This document shows, piece after piece, positions 1-13,967 of a stretch of DNA of 64,000 nucleotides. Origin of the DNA: Hypanus sabinus (lineage: Eukaryota); assembly GCF_030144855.1 (NCBI RefSeq), contig NC_082715.1:117614001-117678000 (forward strand). Reading direction: 5' to 3'. The translations under genes and the position numbers were made by a program. Below the pieces are notes generated by a model, which was not told the origin of the DNA, searched no databases, and saw nothing but the letters and a program-made list of their open reading frames with translations. Each line of letters begins with the position of its first letter. Within the stretch, counting starts at the first letter, position 1.

Positions 1-994
1 ATAGTGCTAAAGAGGCTGCAAAGTAAAGAGGGCCTGTGTGGGGATGTTTCATTTATGAGGAGTTGCAGGAAAACGTAGGCCTGTCTTCCTTCAAGAGGAG
101 GACAAGAGTGCATGCGCATACATATCCTTCTCAAGTAATGAATTTTGAATTATGTACAGCCTATCTGGGAAATCTGCAAAATGGATTTCTCAGCTGATGC
201 AGGTTAGAAGGGGACTTCTTGACACTGGATGGAATTTTGCAAAATCAAAACTAACAAGAACACATTTTAGCAAGCAGCCATTTTGTGTATCCCATCTAGA
301 GACATGCTGTTCAAATGTTCCACATCAGATTCCATTGTAATCTCTTACCCTTTAACTTAAATGAATGCCTTCTAATTTTATTCACCTCTGGCAAAGGTAA
401 TAAATTCCTGCAGCCTATCCTATCTATATCCCTTATAATTCTTTATATATGTCTTCCCCAACAGATAAGCTGAAGATAGATTAGATAATATCAGCTTTAT
501 TAGTAGGAATGGGAAAATGAAATTTAAACTGCTTCTGACCTTTTCTATGGGAGAACACATCTCGGCGAGCTCTTTCTGCCTTGTGGAAACTCAGTTCAAA
601 GCTATAGTTCCAACTTGTGAATTGTTCTGGTGAGAAACAATTCTACTATAACTTGAAGAGGATCTGTATATAAAACGATGTGGAGTATCGATATAATAGA
701 GTACAGCAATATTTTCTACTTATTGGTGGAGGTGTTGAGGATCTGAGGGGATGTGATAAAATTAGAGGACGTATATATAGGCTAAGGAGTAAAAGAGTTA
801 GATGGAATCTGAGGGAGTTGTTATTTACTCAGAGAGTGTAAAACCTACTACCTGCAATACATTGCCGAAGAGACTGGTGGAAGCAGTTTCACTGACAGTA
901 TTTATGGGGTGTCTAAGAAAGCACCGAGGCATTGAAAGCTGGGAACAAGTGCTGAAAAATGTGATGTGGGAAGAGCTCTGTCCACAGTATTAGA

Positions 995-1700
995 CAGGAA
1001 GGCATGGTGTGGAGATTTGGAGAATGGAATGGAGTCCTTACAGGCAACAGGGTTTAGAGAACTATAAACAGGGTAGTTGTTGGTGCCTGTGGTTTGTAGT
1101 AGGTGTCAATGGCTAGACCATTCCCCGCAATGGAGACAGAGAGATCCAGAACAGGAAGAGAGGAGTCAGAGATGGACAATGTGACAGGGAGAGCAGAGTG
1201 GAAATTGGCTGCAACAGGGATGAAATTCTCGAAGCAGTCACAGCTTGGGCAGTGAGTGTGTTGTTGGAGGGGAACTGGTTGAGCATCTGTTGGAGGAGGT
1301 AAAGGAGGATGATCAGAACCTCCTAATGTGGGGTGGAGAAGTAAAGGGAATGTATATCCCTGGTGTAGATGAACCAGTTAGAACCATGAAATTGGAAACT
1401 GTTGAGGTAGCAGAGTATTCCAAAGTTTCAGAGATTCAAGTGGGAAGGGACTAGAGCAGGGGAGAGGAATTGGTCTCAAGGTAGGAAGAAGCAAGTTGAG
1501 GTAAGACAAGACTGAAGCAGTGGATCTCGGACATTATGCTTGTGGATCTTTGGTAGCAGGTGGAAGGGCACTCTGCAAGGTTGGGACACTACAAGGTTGG
1601 AAGTTGTGGCAGGAATATCTCTTGAGGAAAAGAAGTCTGTGATTTTATGGGAGACCATGGCCTGATGTTCACTGATTGGGTGGTTTGATTGAGTCTTTCT
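995..1700 (-). mobile_element. Penelope-like element RT fragment
   Basis: Minus-strand FHLLPKIHK and ANFHSAL...SISDSSLPVLDLSVSI...YYKP motifs typical of PLE RT. Confidence 0.8.
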
Positions 1701-2474
1701 GAACTGACATTCACTCTCTGAAAAAAGGAAATGAGTAGGTTTGAGGCAATTAGTTTTGGTCTATGGGGAATAGCAGTGTGTCAGACTATACAACATTACC
1801 CAGACTGTACAACATTAACAACACTTTACACAATCAAGGAAACTTCGCAGCCCTTTAAAGTCAACATCTTTCCACCCCATCAGAGGAATACCCTTCCTTC
1901 TACTTATCACGCTCCCCAACATTCTTTGCTTCTGAAATTTGCTTTCTCACTTTCTCAGTTCTAATAAAGTCTCCAACCTGTTACTTTAAATCTTTCTCTT
2001 GCCCTAAAGGCAGTGTTTCTTGCATTATTGATTGTCAATGAAATGATGTATTATTTAGATAAGATGAAGATGAAATAAAGTGTTTAGCTAGATTTATTCA
2101 CTGTGGTTAATGTGACAATTTCTGAAAAGCAACAATCCAAGTAATGTTTGCATCTACAAGGGCCTCAAAACTAATAGGACAATCTGAGAGGAATTACAGG
2201 GACATTATTTAACAGCTACAGAATCTTTATTGTGGGATGATGTCAGGTGATCTCATGTGTCAGTCACATCCATGCTCCACCTGAAGCTGTCAGTGTGGAG
2301 AGCAGCAATGGCCTCAGAAATGGAAGTGTAGGTTATGAGAGATGCACCAATCATTCTAACACTGTTAGTACCGATCTCTACCCGTGTGACCAGCTTGCTC
2401 ACCGCAGTCTGACCACATCTCTCCGGAAAACAATGCACAAATGCTTCAACAGTGTCAACAACAACAAATCTTAC

Positions 2475-2649
2475 CTCTCATAAGTGTTTACTAGAGGAGT
2501 ATTGATTACTTGAACTGACGGATCTTTTGGGAGAGGTGGAGTTTGGATCTCAAGAGGCAATGAAACGAAGACTGAAAATTGAGGTATTATAATACCATTT
2601 TCAAATGGGGCTCTAATTGCCCAAGGTGCAGAGATGGGAACTATTGTAC
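2475..2649 (-). CDS. SOUL-family gene exon (GTIVPISAPWAIRAPFENGIIIPQFSVFVSLPLEIQTPPLPKDPSVQVINTPLVNTYE)
   Basis: Acceptor ttctttctccacAG, donor AG|gtaaga, 175 nt, phase 1-2, joining the previous exon in frame. Matches the SOUL I.MTAPV and PP.P.D..V motifs. Confidence 0.85.
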
Positions 2650-3659
2650 CTGTGGAGAAAGAACAGTTTACAGTTACAGCATTGTCATAGAGTCATACAA
2701 TAATACAGTTCACATATAGGCCCATCAACTCAATTGGCCATAAGACCATTTGGCACATTATGTCTGTCCTCCATTCCGTTCTGGGTGATCTGTTACCTTT
2801 CTCAACTCCACACTCCTGCTTTCCCCACCTAACCCTGGCACCCCCACTAATCAAGAAACTATCAAGCTCCACCTTAACTCACTTGGTCCTCTCAGTTGTT
2901 TGTGGCAATGAATTCCACTGATTCACCACATTCTGGCTCAAGAAATTCTTTTCATCACTGTTCTAAAGCGATGTACTTCTATTCTGAGGCTGTGCACACT
3001 GGTTATAGCCTCTCCCACAATAGGAAATATCCTCACCTCATCCACTCTATCTAGGCCTTTCAATATTGGATAGGTTCAATAACATTCCCCGCCCCCACTA
3101 TTCTTCTGGACTCCAGCAGGTACAGACCCAAGGCGATCAAATATGTCATCATTCCTGCCAGAGACCCCTTCCAATCCATTTTGTCCAGCTCATTTCTTGT
3201 GCCACTGTAGTTCCCTTAACTCCATTGTAATACTGATTTTAGCTTTTCTGTCTCAAACTATCTCCTAACGTCTTCTTCACCTTAAGCAATGGGTAGTGGC
3301 AGATACATTGGGGACATTTAAGACATTCTTTAATAGGCAAATGGATGAAAGAAAAACTGGAGGATTATGTGGGAGGGAAGTGTTATATTGTTCTTAGAGT
3401 AAGTTAGAGGATTGGCATAACATCGTGGGCTGAAAGGCTTGTACTGTGCTCACAAAGTGCTGGTGGAATGCAGCAGGCCATGCAGCAGCTCCAGCATTTT
3501 GTGTGTGTTGCTTGAATTTCCAGCATCTGCAGCTTTCCTCGTTGTACTAAGCTGTTCTGTTTTATGTTTATCTTTAAAAATACTTTGGTGTGGAGTCAGA
3601 GGTAAGAACAGATAAGGTTGTTATTTTCCTTTTGATCCTAGAGCTGGATTCAGTGCAGC

Positions 3660-6600
3660 CATTTTGGTAGTTAGGGCAGTGGAATGCTTCTGCTGCAAGT
3701 TATGCCAAGTCAGGGAAGCTCACAGTTTCCCTGATGACTATGTCTATGGGAAGTGCACCCAGAGGCAGCTCCCGACCAACTGGGTCAAGGAACCGCAGTA
3801 GAGTTTGGATGGACTTGGGATCATCTGCGAAGCTGTAGACTTCACAAATGAGAATTTTACTGAGGTGGTTACACCTGAGGTACAGGCTTCAGGTAGATGG
3901 GTATCCACCAGGAAAAGTATGGTGAATAGATATTCATTGCAGAATTCCCATGTGATAGTCCCCTTAGTGACTGGTTGAGTGTGATGTTCATTCAGGTGTT
4001 AGCAGCAGTAGTCAGGTCTGTGGCACTGTGACTCGCTCTGAGGCTCAGAGGGAAAGGGTGCAGACAAACAATGAGGAGGTCAGACAGAGGTCCTTTGACT
4101 GCAGAAGAGATGGCAAGGTGATGGGTTGCCTCAAGGGTCAAGGATGTCCCTACACAGCAGCAGAAAATTCTTGAGTGGAATGATGAACAACCTGAGGTTG
4201 TTGTACATGTTGGTTCAAATGATGGGGGTAGAACAAGGGATGAGGTTCTACCAAATAAGTTAGGTAGGGAGTTAAGAAGGAGGACCTTGTGGCTACTGAT
4301 CTCTAGCTCTTTCCTGCTACTATGTGCCGGCAAAAACAGAAATATAAAGATAGGGCAGATGAATTTTTGGCTGAGGAATTGGTGGAGGGGCGGTTGTGAG
4401 GTCTTCTGATCTTTTCTGGGGTAGAGGAGACCTGTACAAGAGGGTTGGATTGTACAGTACTTGAATCAGAGAGGGACCAATATACTTTCAAGAAAATTTG
4501 CTGATGCTACAAATGAGAGTTTATATTAGATTGGCAGGGTATGGGACTCTGAACAGGATAAAGCAGTAATCAGTAAGAGCAGGTTTTGTAATAAGGATAG
4601 GCAAGGGCACAGTAAATAAATAGAAATTAATAATCAGTTAAATTGCATTTCTTTTAATCAGTTAACTCGCATTTGTTTTAATCCACAAAGTTTAACTGTT
4701 AAGGCAGATCAAGTTGGAGTATAGATTAGCCCTGAGGAATGAGATGTTCAAAGTTCAAAGTAAATTTATTATCAAAGTACCTACAGTATATGCCACCATA
4801 TACTGAGATTCATTTTCTTGTGGGCATTCACAGTAGATACAAAGAAACACAACAGAGTCAATAAAAAAAATTACACACAAAGACAGAAAAAAGACTAAAG
4901 TAAAAAGACATCAGATTGTGTAAATACAAAGCAAAAAACAAAGAATAATGAATTAATATTATGAGAACATATTTAGTTTCCTTGAGAGTGAGTCCATAGG
5001 ATGTGAAATCAGTTCAGTGTTGGGATGAGTGAAATTGTCCACAATGGTTGGGAGACTGATGGTTGAGATATACTAACTGCTGTTGAACATGGCGGTGTGG
5101 ACCTGAGGCTCTTGAACCTCCTTCTTTATGGCAACGGTGAGAAGAGAGCATGGCCTGGATAGTGGGGATCCTTGATGACGGGTGCTACTTTTCTGTGACA
5201 GTGCTCCTTCTAGATGCGCTCCATGGTGGGAGGGCTTTACTTGTGATAGACTGGGCCGTATCCACTATTTTGTGGATGTGTCTGTTGAAGGACATTAACG
5301 CTTCCATACCAGGCCATGATGCAACCAGTCAATATACTCTTCACTGCATCAATAGAAGTCTGCCAATGTTTTAGATGACATGCTGAGTCTTCACAAACTT
5401 CTAAGAAAGTAAAGGTGTTGCTGTGCCTTCTTTGTAATGACACTCATGTGCTGGACCACAGCCATAGAGCAAATATGACTAAGAAAAGGGCAGGACCAAC
5501 AGCTCAGTATTCTCGGATATTGATGCTACAGGCATGACAGAAGTGCAGGTAAGAGACGGTGGCATGTTGCTTTTTTGATAAAGAAGGACATATTACCAGT
5601 ACTTAGACATAATGGTTCTGTGAGATTATCCCATTATGAGTAGAATGTAGAAGCAAGGAGGACTGGGTCACTAATGAGGCTGAAATGTCCAAGATTATCC
5701 CTATTACCTTTCTTGAACAAACGAATAACATTGGCCATCCTCATATTTTCTGGTACTACTCCTATAAACGTCAGTGAGCATTCAAAGATCATTGCCAACA
5801 GCACAACAGTCTTTTCTCTCAATTTCCACAGTAACCTGGGGAATATTCTTTCTGGCCCTGGAAATTTATTTATCCTACTCCTTTTCAAATGTTCTAAGAC
5901 ATCCTCTTCCCTAACCTAAACGTGTTCCAACATATTAACCTTTTCTACTTTGGCCTCATACTTGTCAAGGTCTCTCTCTCTGCTGAAGCAAAGTATTCAC
6001 TAATGACCTCCTCGAACTCCAAGCACATATTCACCAAAGCCTTCTCATGTCACCTTCAAGTATTCCCAAGTTCCGAGGAAAGATTCCCAAGTTCCAAGGA
6101 AAGATTCTGTGAGTGGTCCCTGACGTCCTTCTCACAGCACAGTGTTTTATTTTACGAGGCCAAGTTGCAAGCTCGACACTCAACCTGGCACAGATGAAAA
6201 GCGTGTCTGGGAGCGGCCTGATTGGATTGGAAAGAGATACCAATCAAAGGAAAGTGAAGTCCCCAGTAACACCAACCCTGTTATTTTTTAACCTTTCCAA
6301 AATCTGCCCATTGATATGTTCCTCAGTGTCCCTGTTGCTATTGGAGGATCTGCAGAATACTCCTAACAGTGATTGCTCCCTTCCTGGTCCTGACTTCTAC
6401 CCACACTTACTCAGTAGATGATCCCTTCATGACATCCGCCTTTCTGTAACTGTGATACTATCCTTAATGAGCAATGCCATTCCCTTCCTGTCCCTTTTGA
6501 AATATCTAAACTCTATAATATCCGGCAGCTTGTGACAGTCAATTCTCTGCAATGGCAACATTGTAGTTCCAAGTACTGACCCCCAGTGGTCAGTAGGGGT

Positions 6601-7290
6601 TTGAGCACCAAGAGTTTATATAAATTGCTCATAATAGTAGGAATAATAGGATTGTAGTAGTGGGATATTCTTATTTTCCTAATAGTGATTGTTAAGAGCC
6701 TGGATGGGGTGGAATTTATGAAATATATCTTGGAATGTTCTCTGAATCAATATACAGTAGAAAGGGTACTACTTGAGAAGGTGCAATCCTGGACCTTCCT
6801 TTTATAGGAACAAGACAGTAAAAGTTACTGGACTGACAGTCAGGGAGCTCTTTAGTTCTCGTAAATATAATTATGTCGGTTTTAAGATAGCAATGGAAAA
6901 GATCCACAGGTTAGGGCCAGAAACTGAAGCAGGGCTAATTTTGGGGGAAATGGGCAGGATGTTGCAGATAAGAGAGAATCTGCAGATGCTGGAAATCCAA
7001 GCAACACACAGAAAATGCTGGAGAAACTCAGTAGGCCTGACAGCATCAATGGAAAAAGCACAGAGCGTGATATCAGGAATCCAGAAACAGCATATTCCTA
7101 CGAGGGTAAATGATAAACCTGGCAAGTTTATGGAATCTTGGCTGATGAGAGGTATTGAGACTCTGGTCAAGTAAAAAAAAAGGAAACCTACATTGTATTT
7201 AGTAGCTTCTGGACAACTTAATTTCTTGCCGACTGTAAAAAGATTAAGACTACTTTTAAGAGGGAAATCATTGTAATTTTCTAAAATACA
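3660..7290 (+). mobile_element. Decayed CR1 5' part (ORF1 zinc finger and esterase, ORF2 endonuclease) with nested insertions
   Basis: ORF1 Cys motifs and VVVHVGSND. Interrupted by Rex1 (4745-5460, -), an inverted CR1 piece (5690-6580, -) and a Penelope repeat. Confidence 0.75.
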
Positions 7291-7310
7291 CAATGTCAGT
7301 CTCTCACTTT

Positions 7311-7345
7311 CACTCACTCACTCACTCACTCACTCACTCACTCAT
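7311..7345. repeat. (CACT)n microsatellite
   Basis: Direct reading. Confidence 0.95.
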
Positions 7346-8146
7346 TCACACTCTCCCCAATTAGAATTTCAGCCAGTATTCCTGCACTCTTGAATTTACT
7401 CCCGATGAATCCGCTAAGCGGAGTTGAGGTCTCAAGGGTTCCAATAGTCAAGAATCAGCAGGGAAGTGTAGGAATCTGAATGGTGTGAGTAACAAAGATT
7501 GTTTCAAAAAGACACCAGTGTGCAGTTCTGGTCACCTCACTACAGAAAGGAGCAACAGGATGTAAAGTGGTAAGAGCCAACTTTGCTCCTTTGCCCAGGC
7601 ATGGTCAGGAAGGGTCACCTGGCCAAATTCTACCTGTATAACTAAATATGGCTCTTGTCTGCCTGTCTGCTCACTAGTTTGAAATAATATCCCTATACAT
7701 CCCTTCAGAGCACTATCTACAGGAGGAGTTATCTTAAGAAGGGAACATCTACCAACAAAGATCTCCACACTTTGGGCCATGCCATCTTCTTAGAGCTACC
7801 ATTGGACAGAACGTACAGAAGCCTGCAGAAACCTTTGACCATTTGGTCTTGAATCAACCTGCATAAACCAAATAGCTGCCTCAGCTTAGCAATACTAGAC
7901 AACTTTGACAATCTTGCACTAATAAACATTGTACTTTTTTTAAATTCTAACTCTGTTCCCTATGGGATAAGTTTGAAATAATTTATGCTGAACCTACATT
8001 GTCAGATGCAATGAATGCTGCTGCAACTAAATTTTTCATTTGACCTCTGCAAATGACAATAAATCTGACTTTGACTTTCAGATGAGTCACACACTAAGAC
8101 GAAAGGTATGTTCTGTGCTGTAACATTGAAGAAACTTCTCACATAC

Positions 8147-8276
8147 CAGCATCATTATGAAAGCGTGAATAATTGAAAAATCTCTCCAGGCCCGATTTTA
8201 TTGCAGTCTCCATATCCATTCCATTAACAAACGTATGAAGCCAATGAAGAGTTGGGAGCTCTATTTCTTTATAACC
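8147..8276 (-). CDS. SOUL-family gene exon (GYKEIELPTLHWLHTFVNGMDMETAIKSGLERFFNYSRFHNDA)
   Basis: Acceptor tttactttctttcccacAG, donor G|gtatgt, 130 nt, phase 0-1. Aligns by eye to HEBP2 SYEIRHYGPAKWVSTSVESMDWDSAIQTGFTKLNSYIQGKNEK. Confidence 0.85.
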
Positions 8277-8429
8277 CTGTGGGAAAGAAAGTAAATAGAT
8301 AGTCACAGAAACAGTGGCAAAGTTCATTGGCAGCGTCTGTGTTGAGGCTGTGTGATGGATGCCTGATGAGGCATACCTACCAGAGAAGGCTGCAGCAACA
8401 CTGCCTCTGGCGTTGGTAAGCAGGAGGAT

Positions 8430-9750
8430 ATGGAGTACTTGGCGACACAGGACAAGAGAGACAAAGTCATCAGGGTTTCTTTGAGGGAAAATCTTACCTG
8501 ACAAACCTGGTGGAATTCTTTGAGGAGATTACAGGTAGGATAGTTAAAGGGGATGCAGTGAATGTTGTATGTTTGGATTTTCACGAGGCTTTTGACAAGG
8601 TGCCACGCATGAGGCTGCTTATCAAGTTAAGAGCTCATGGTATTACAGGAACGTTACTAGCATGGTTAGCGAATTGGCTGATTAGTAAGAGGCAGCGATG
8701 GGAATAAAAGGATCGTTTTCTGGTTGCCGCCAGTAACTAGAGGTGTTCTGCAGGGGTTGGTGCTGGGACCACTTCTTTTTATGCTGTATATAAATAACTT
8801 AGATGATGAAATAGATGGCTTTGTTGAGAAGTTTGCAGATGATACGAAGATTGAAGGAGGGGCAGGTAGTGGTGAGGAAAGATAGGATGCAGAAGGACTT
8901 AGACAGATTAGGAGAATGGGCAAGAAACTGGCAAATGAAATACAATGTTGGAAAATGCATGGTCATGCACTTCTGTTGTAGAAATCAATGTGTGGACTAA
9001 TTTCTATACAAGGAGAAAATCCAAAAATCTAAGATGCAAAGGAACTTGGGAATCCTTGTGCAGAACACTCTAATGGTTAACTTGCAGATTGAAACAGTGG
9101 TGAGGAAGGCAAATGTAATGCTAGCATTCATTTAAAGAGGTTTAGAATATAAGAGCAGGGATGTGATGCTGAGGCATTATAAGTCACTGGCAAGGCCTCA
9201 CCGTGAGCATTCTGAACAGTTTTGGGCTCCTCATCAGAGAAAATTGTGCAGGCTTTGGTGAGGGATCAGAGGAGGTTCACAAGGATGATTCTGGGAATGG
9301 AAGGATCATCATGAGGAATGTCTGATGGTTCTGGATCTGTGCTCACTGGAATTTAGAAAGATGGGGGCATCTCATTGAAACCTTTTGAATGTTGAAAGGC
9401 CTAGACAGAGTAGTTGTGGAAAGGATGTTTCCCATGGTGGGAGAGTCTAGGACAAGAGAGCACAACCGTAGGATAGAGGGGCATCCATTTAAAGCAGGAA
9501 AGGGGAGAAATTTCTTCAGCCAGAGGGTGATAAATTTGTGGAATTTGTTACCACAGGCTGCTGTGGAGGCCAGGTCATTGGGTGTATTTTAAGCAGAGAT
9601 TGATAGGTTCTTGGTTGGTGATGGCTTCAAAGATTACAGAGAAAAGGCCAGGGAGTGTGGCTGAAGAAGGGAAAAAAGGACCAGTCATGACTGAATGGTG
9701 GAGCAGACTCGATGGGCCAAATGGCCTAATTCTGCTCCTATGTCTAATGG
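8430..9750 (+). mobile_element. CR1 LINE 3' portion (RT to 3'UTR)
   Basis: LDFHEAFDKVP, FADD, 3'UTR gatgggccaaatggcctaattctgctcct. Confidence 0.92.
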
Positions 9751-9769
9751 TCTGGCTTTGTGGCTCTGA

Positions 9770-12183
9770 CGGGAAGGGATGAGAAAAGGAGAGCACTGAC
9801 GATAGGGGATTCAATTGTTAGGGATACTGACAGGTGATTCTGTAGACATCAAAGATTCCCAGATGCCAGGGTCAGTGACATCTTATATTCAGTCCACTGA
9901 ATTCTTAAAGGGAGGGTTGAACAGCCAGAATTTAAATTAAATATTGGCACAAACAAGATAGCTAGGAAAAGGGATGAAGTCCTGGAGAGAGAATATGTGG
10001 AGCTTGGAAGGAAACTGAAAGGCAGGACTTCAAGGGTGGAAAACCTTTGATTGCCGCCTGTTCCATGCACCAGTGATGGTAAGAATGATGCTATGGAAGC
10101 TGAGTGAGTGGCTGACGGATTGGTGCAGAGGGCGGGGTTTCAGATTCGTAGATCACTGGGATCTTTTCTGGCGATGGTATGATGTATACTAAAAAGAAGG
10201 GTTACATTTGAAATTGAGAGGGACCAATGTCCCTGCAGGTGGGTTTGCCAGAACTTTTTGGGAGGGTGCACATTAAGTTGGCAGGGGAATGGGAGCCAGA
10301 GCAATAGGTCAGATGATGGAGCTGTTGATGTAAAGGTAAATATAATCTGCAGAGAGACTGTAAGGAAGGATAGGAAGTCAGTTAGATGGGTTAAAATATG
10401 TTTACTTCAATGTGAAAAATATCAAGAATAAAGGTGGTGAACTTAGAGCATGGTTAAGAATATGAAACTATGAAGTTGTGGCCATTACAGAATCTTGGCT
10501 ATCGTAAGTGCAGGAATGACTGCTAGATGTTCCAGGATTTAGATGTTTCAAAAGGGACAGGAAGGGAGTTAAAAGAGGTGGGGAGTGGCATTGCAAATCA
10601 AGGATAGCTTCTGATAACTGCAGCAAAGGAGGACATTGTGAATGGATTGTCCACTGAGTCAGTGTGGGTGGAAGTCAGGACGAGGAAGGGAGCAATCACT
10701 CAATTGGGAGTATTCTATCGATCCCCAATAGAAACAGGGACACTGAGGAGCAAGTCTGCAGGTAGATTTTGGAAAGGTGCTAAAATAGCAGGGTTGTTGT
10801 CATTATTGACATCAACTTCCTTCATCTTAATTGGCACCTCCTTAGTGCAAGAATTTTAGATAGGATAAATTTGTTAGTTGAGTCTAGTAAGGATTTCTGA
10901 CAAGTGTGGACAGGCTGTGGGGAGGAGAGGTCATATTAGATCGAGTATTAGACAATGAACCTGATCAGTTGACAGATCTCTTGGTGGACAAACATTTCAG
11001 AAACAGTGACCACAACTACCTGAAGATTCACATAGTCTTGGAAGAGATAGAAGCAGATTGTATGGTAAAGTATTTAATTTGGGGAAGGCTAATTATGATG
11101 TTATTAGTGATACTAAAATTTGGAAGATTAAATTGGCAACAGATATTCTCGGGGAATATCTGATGGTGAGTTTGTTTAGAGGACACTTGCATGGGGTTCT
11201 GGATAGTCTTGCTCCATTAAGCTAGGGAAAGGATGGCAGGGTGAAAGAACCATTGTTGCATCGAGAGAAAATGGAACATTTAGTCAAGAGAAGAGAAGAA
11301 CCATTCTTAAAGTTTAGGCCCTACCTGCCTCTTCGAGCTGTGTCACTATGAGCAAATTCCACTTTAACCCCAGCCTAATCACAGGACAATTTACAATGAC
11401 CAATTAACCTACTAGCTGGTACATCTTTGGATTGTGAGAGGAAACCAGAGCACCTGTAGGAAACCCATACATTCCATCATGAGGACTTACGAACTCTTCA
11501 GAGAGGACGTTGAGAATTGAATTTCGAACACTGATGTATAATAACTTTGTGTTAAGTGCTACACTACCATGGTGCCCTAGTGTGGTCACTTTCAGTAGTT
11601 GATTTCAAGAGCCACAGGTATTGCAGCAACTCTATAAAACTGTAGTTAGACACACCTGGAACATGGTGTTCAGTCCTGTTTGCCTCATTACAGGAAGCAT
11701 GTAGAGCTTTAGAGAGGATGCAGAGAAGGTTTACCAGGATGTTCCCTGTATTAGAGGAAAGGCTGAGCAATCTGTGGCTTTTCTTTTTAGAGTGAACGAG
11801 GATTAGAGGCAACTTTATAGATATGTACAAGATGATAAGAGGCGTAGTCAGAGAAGACAACAACGCCTTTTACCCAGGGTGTCAATGGCTAATAGGAGGT
11901 AATTGGAGTAAGGTATAGGGGAGATATCAGAGGTAGAAATATTACATACAAAGTGGTAAGTACATACAATGTACTGCCTGAGGTGGTGGTTGAGGGATAT
12001 TCATTAGGGACATTTAGGAGACCCTTAGATAGGCACACGTTTGAGAGAAATATGGTGTATTATTTGAGAGTTGAGGGCTAGATTGATCTTAATTGATTGA
12101 TTAAGGTTAAAATATCAGCACAATATCATGGGCTGAAGAGCCTGCACTGTGCTGTTCTGTTCCATGTTCTATGTTCTATGCTA
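9770..12183 (+). mobile_element. Internally deleted CR1 (ORF1 esterase, endonuclease, 3' end)
   Basis: ESVWVEV, GVFYR, SDHN endonuclease motifs; (TTCTATG)n tail at about 12160-12183. Confidence 0.85.
11320..11580 (-). mobile_element. HE1/V-SINE-like tRNA-derived SINE inside a CR1
   Basis: tRNA-like head and V-domain-like GGTGCTCTGGTTTCCTCTCACAATCCAAAGATGTAC...GGTTAATTGG. Decayed relatives at about 31190-31300, 32780-33050, 42460-42695, 43610-43720. Confidence 0.75.
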
Positions 12184-13029
12184 TTCGCCCGTCTACACTG
12201 GGTGAATTGCTCCTTTATTGGCTGCAAGTCTCCAATGGTGAATGAGTTTGAAGTTTCTAAGCTCATCTCCCAGACAGCCATCAAAGAAAAACATGGGATT
12301 GAGTAGAGAATGGTCAGACTGATTGGGAGTTGCTACTCTATGAGCCCTGGGCTGCAGTCCTACATTTGACTTTGCTCTGTCTCTGTCTATGGTACAACAT
12401 GTCCAGGACAAATAGGTGCATCTGACCTGGAAGATCTGAAGAGTAGTGCATCTGCAATCTGACGGAATTTTCTCAGTACAATGTAAGTAACAGCAGCATA
12501 AACCTGTAAGGATCCAGTGCAAGAAGCAATGGAACTTTACTTCTGAATTGGATCTCAGTGCACACTGCCCCACCAGTTGTTACTAGTCTTGTTCCCTCGC
12601 ATCTCCCCCATTCCTACAACACCTGCTTCCCACTTTGTCGATCATACAGTTACCCTCAGGCAATAGTTACCCTGTTTGTTCTAATGCTTCATATATTGGC
12701 CAGTTCCACATTAGTGGATAGACTAACTTCCTTCTTTTCTTGAGTGAAAATGTTGCTGGATCTTCATTTTTTTTTTTGAATTTTCTCCTCTGACATTATT
12801 TTTAAGACTGAAAAAAGAAATAATTGTATGATCATAATACAGATGTCATTAAGAAACATTCCTCACTTTCCATTCCATCTGGGATAATATATAGTGGAGG
12901 TTGGAGTGAGAATGTGGAGACATCCAGCAGAATGAGTCCAAGATGCTTTCTGATCTTCATGGTTGAGTTTCACAACATGAGACAACTTGTCAACAGTGGA
13001 TTATCAGTGACATGATTTAAACTACAGAG

Positions 13030-13800
13030 AAATTTTAACCAGAAACTAGTATAGAACTGGGAAGGTGGACTCACGAAAGACAACTTTTACTTAGACAAGT
13101 GTGTAGTGTTGCATTTAACCGTGGAAGACTTGCACAGCAAATGACAGAGCTTTGCAGAATGTTATAGAACAAAGAAATCTAGGGGTACAGTTCCATAGCT
13201 CCCAGTAAATGGTGACACAGTTAGTATGGTGAAGAAAGCATTTGGCACACATGATTTCAGTTGTCAGGACACGCAGGACAAGAGTTAACATATCATATTA
13301 GTAAGATCACATATGGAATGTTGTGTACACTTCTGCACCCATTTATACTGTGTCAGCTGGAAAGAGTGCAGGGAAGATTAATAAAGATATTACAGGGACT
13401 GTGGAGATTCAGCTAAAAGGAGAGATTGGATAGGCTGGTGCTTTTTCCTTGGTATATAAGGGGCTGAGGGACAACCTGACAAAGGTTCATAAGATCATGA
13501 GGGGCATAGTCTCAATCTTTCTTCCAACATAGAGTACTCAAAAACTAGAGCTCACTGATGAGAAGAGGATCTGAGTTGCTAATTTTTTTTTACATAGAGT
13601 GTATGTTGAGCAAGTTGCAAGGGAAAGAAATAAAGGTAAAATTACAATATTTCAAAGACATTTGAACAGATACAAATACTTCAAAGACATTTGAACAAAT
13701 GTATGGAATGAGAAGGGAAAAATCCCAAGGGATTAGCTCAGGTAAACATCTTGTTGGCCTGGATGAGTTGTATCCAAGATGCTGCTTCCATACTCTATAG
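13030..13800 (+). mobile_element. Old CR1 3' fragment
   Basis: Degenerate ORF2 C-terminus and 3'UTR. Confidence 0.7.
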
Positions 13801-13880
13801 CTCTTTGCCCCTCAACTCTAAAACAGGATATTAATAGTCTTCCTCACCAACCACCAATGTTAATTCCCAATAGTACTTAC

Positions 13881-13967
13881 ATTATGCTCAATGACTTTCA
13901 AGACTGGTTGACAGATTATGCTGTCGCACGATTCTTGCACAAGATCTATTCCATTTATTCCTGCAAC
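13881..13967 (-). CDS. SOUL-family gene exon (VAGINGIDLVQESCDSIICQPVLKVIEHN)
   Basis: Strong acceptor ctctttctgtcctctttatgttccAG and donor AAT|gtaagt. 87 nt, phase 0-0, open frame. Confidence 0.75.

Noticed and set aside
1-700. Terminal SOUL exon at candidate acceptors near 16, 174, 251 or 664 (minus strand)
   Set aside because: None gives the expected SOUL C-terminal motifs (AGY.SP...R.NEVW) in phase 2. The exon probably lies outside the window.
6062-6107. 21-bp tandem duplication as a CRISPR-like or functional repeat
   Set aside because: Only two adjacent units with no spacer, at a repeat junction in eukaryotic DNA.
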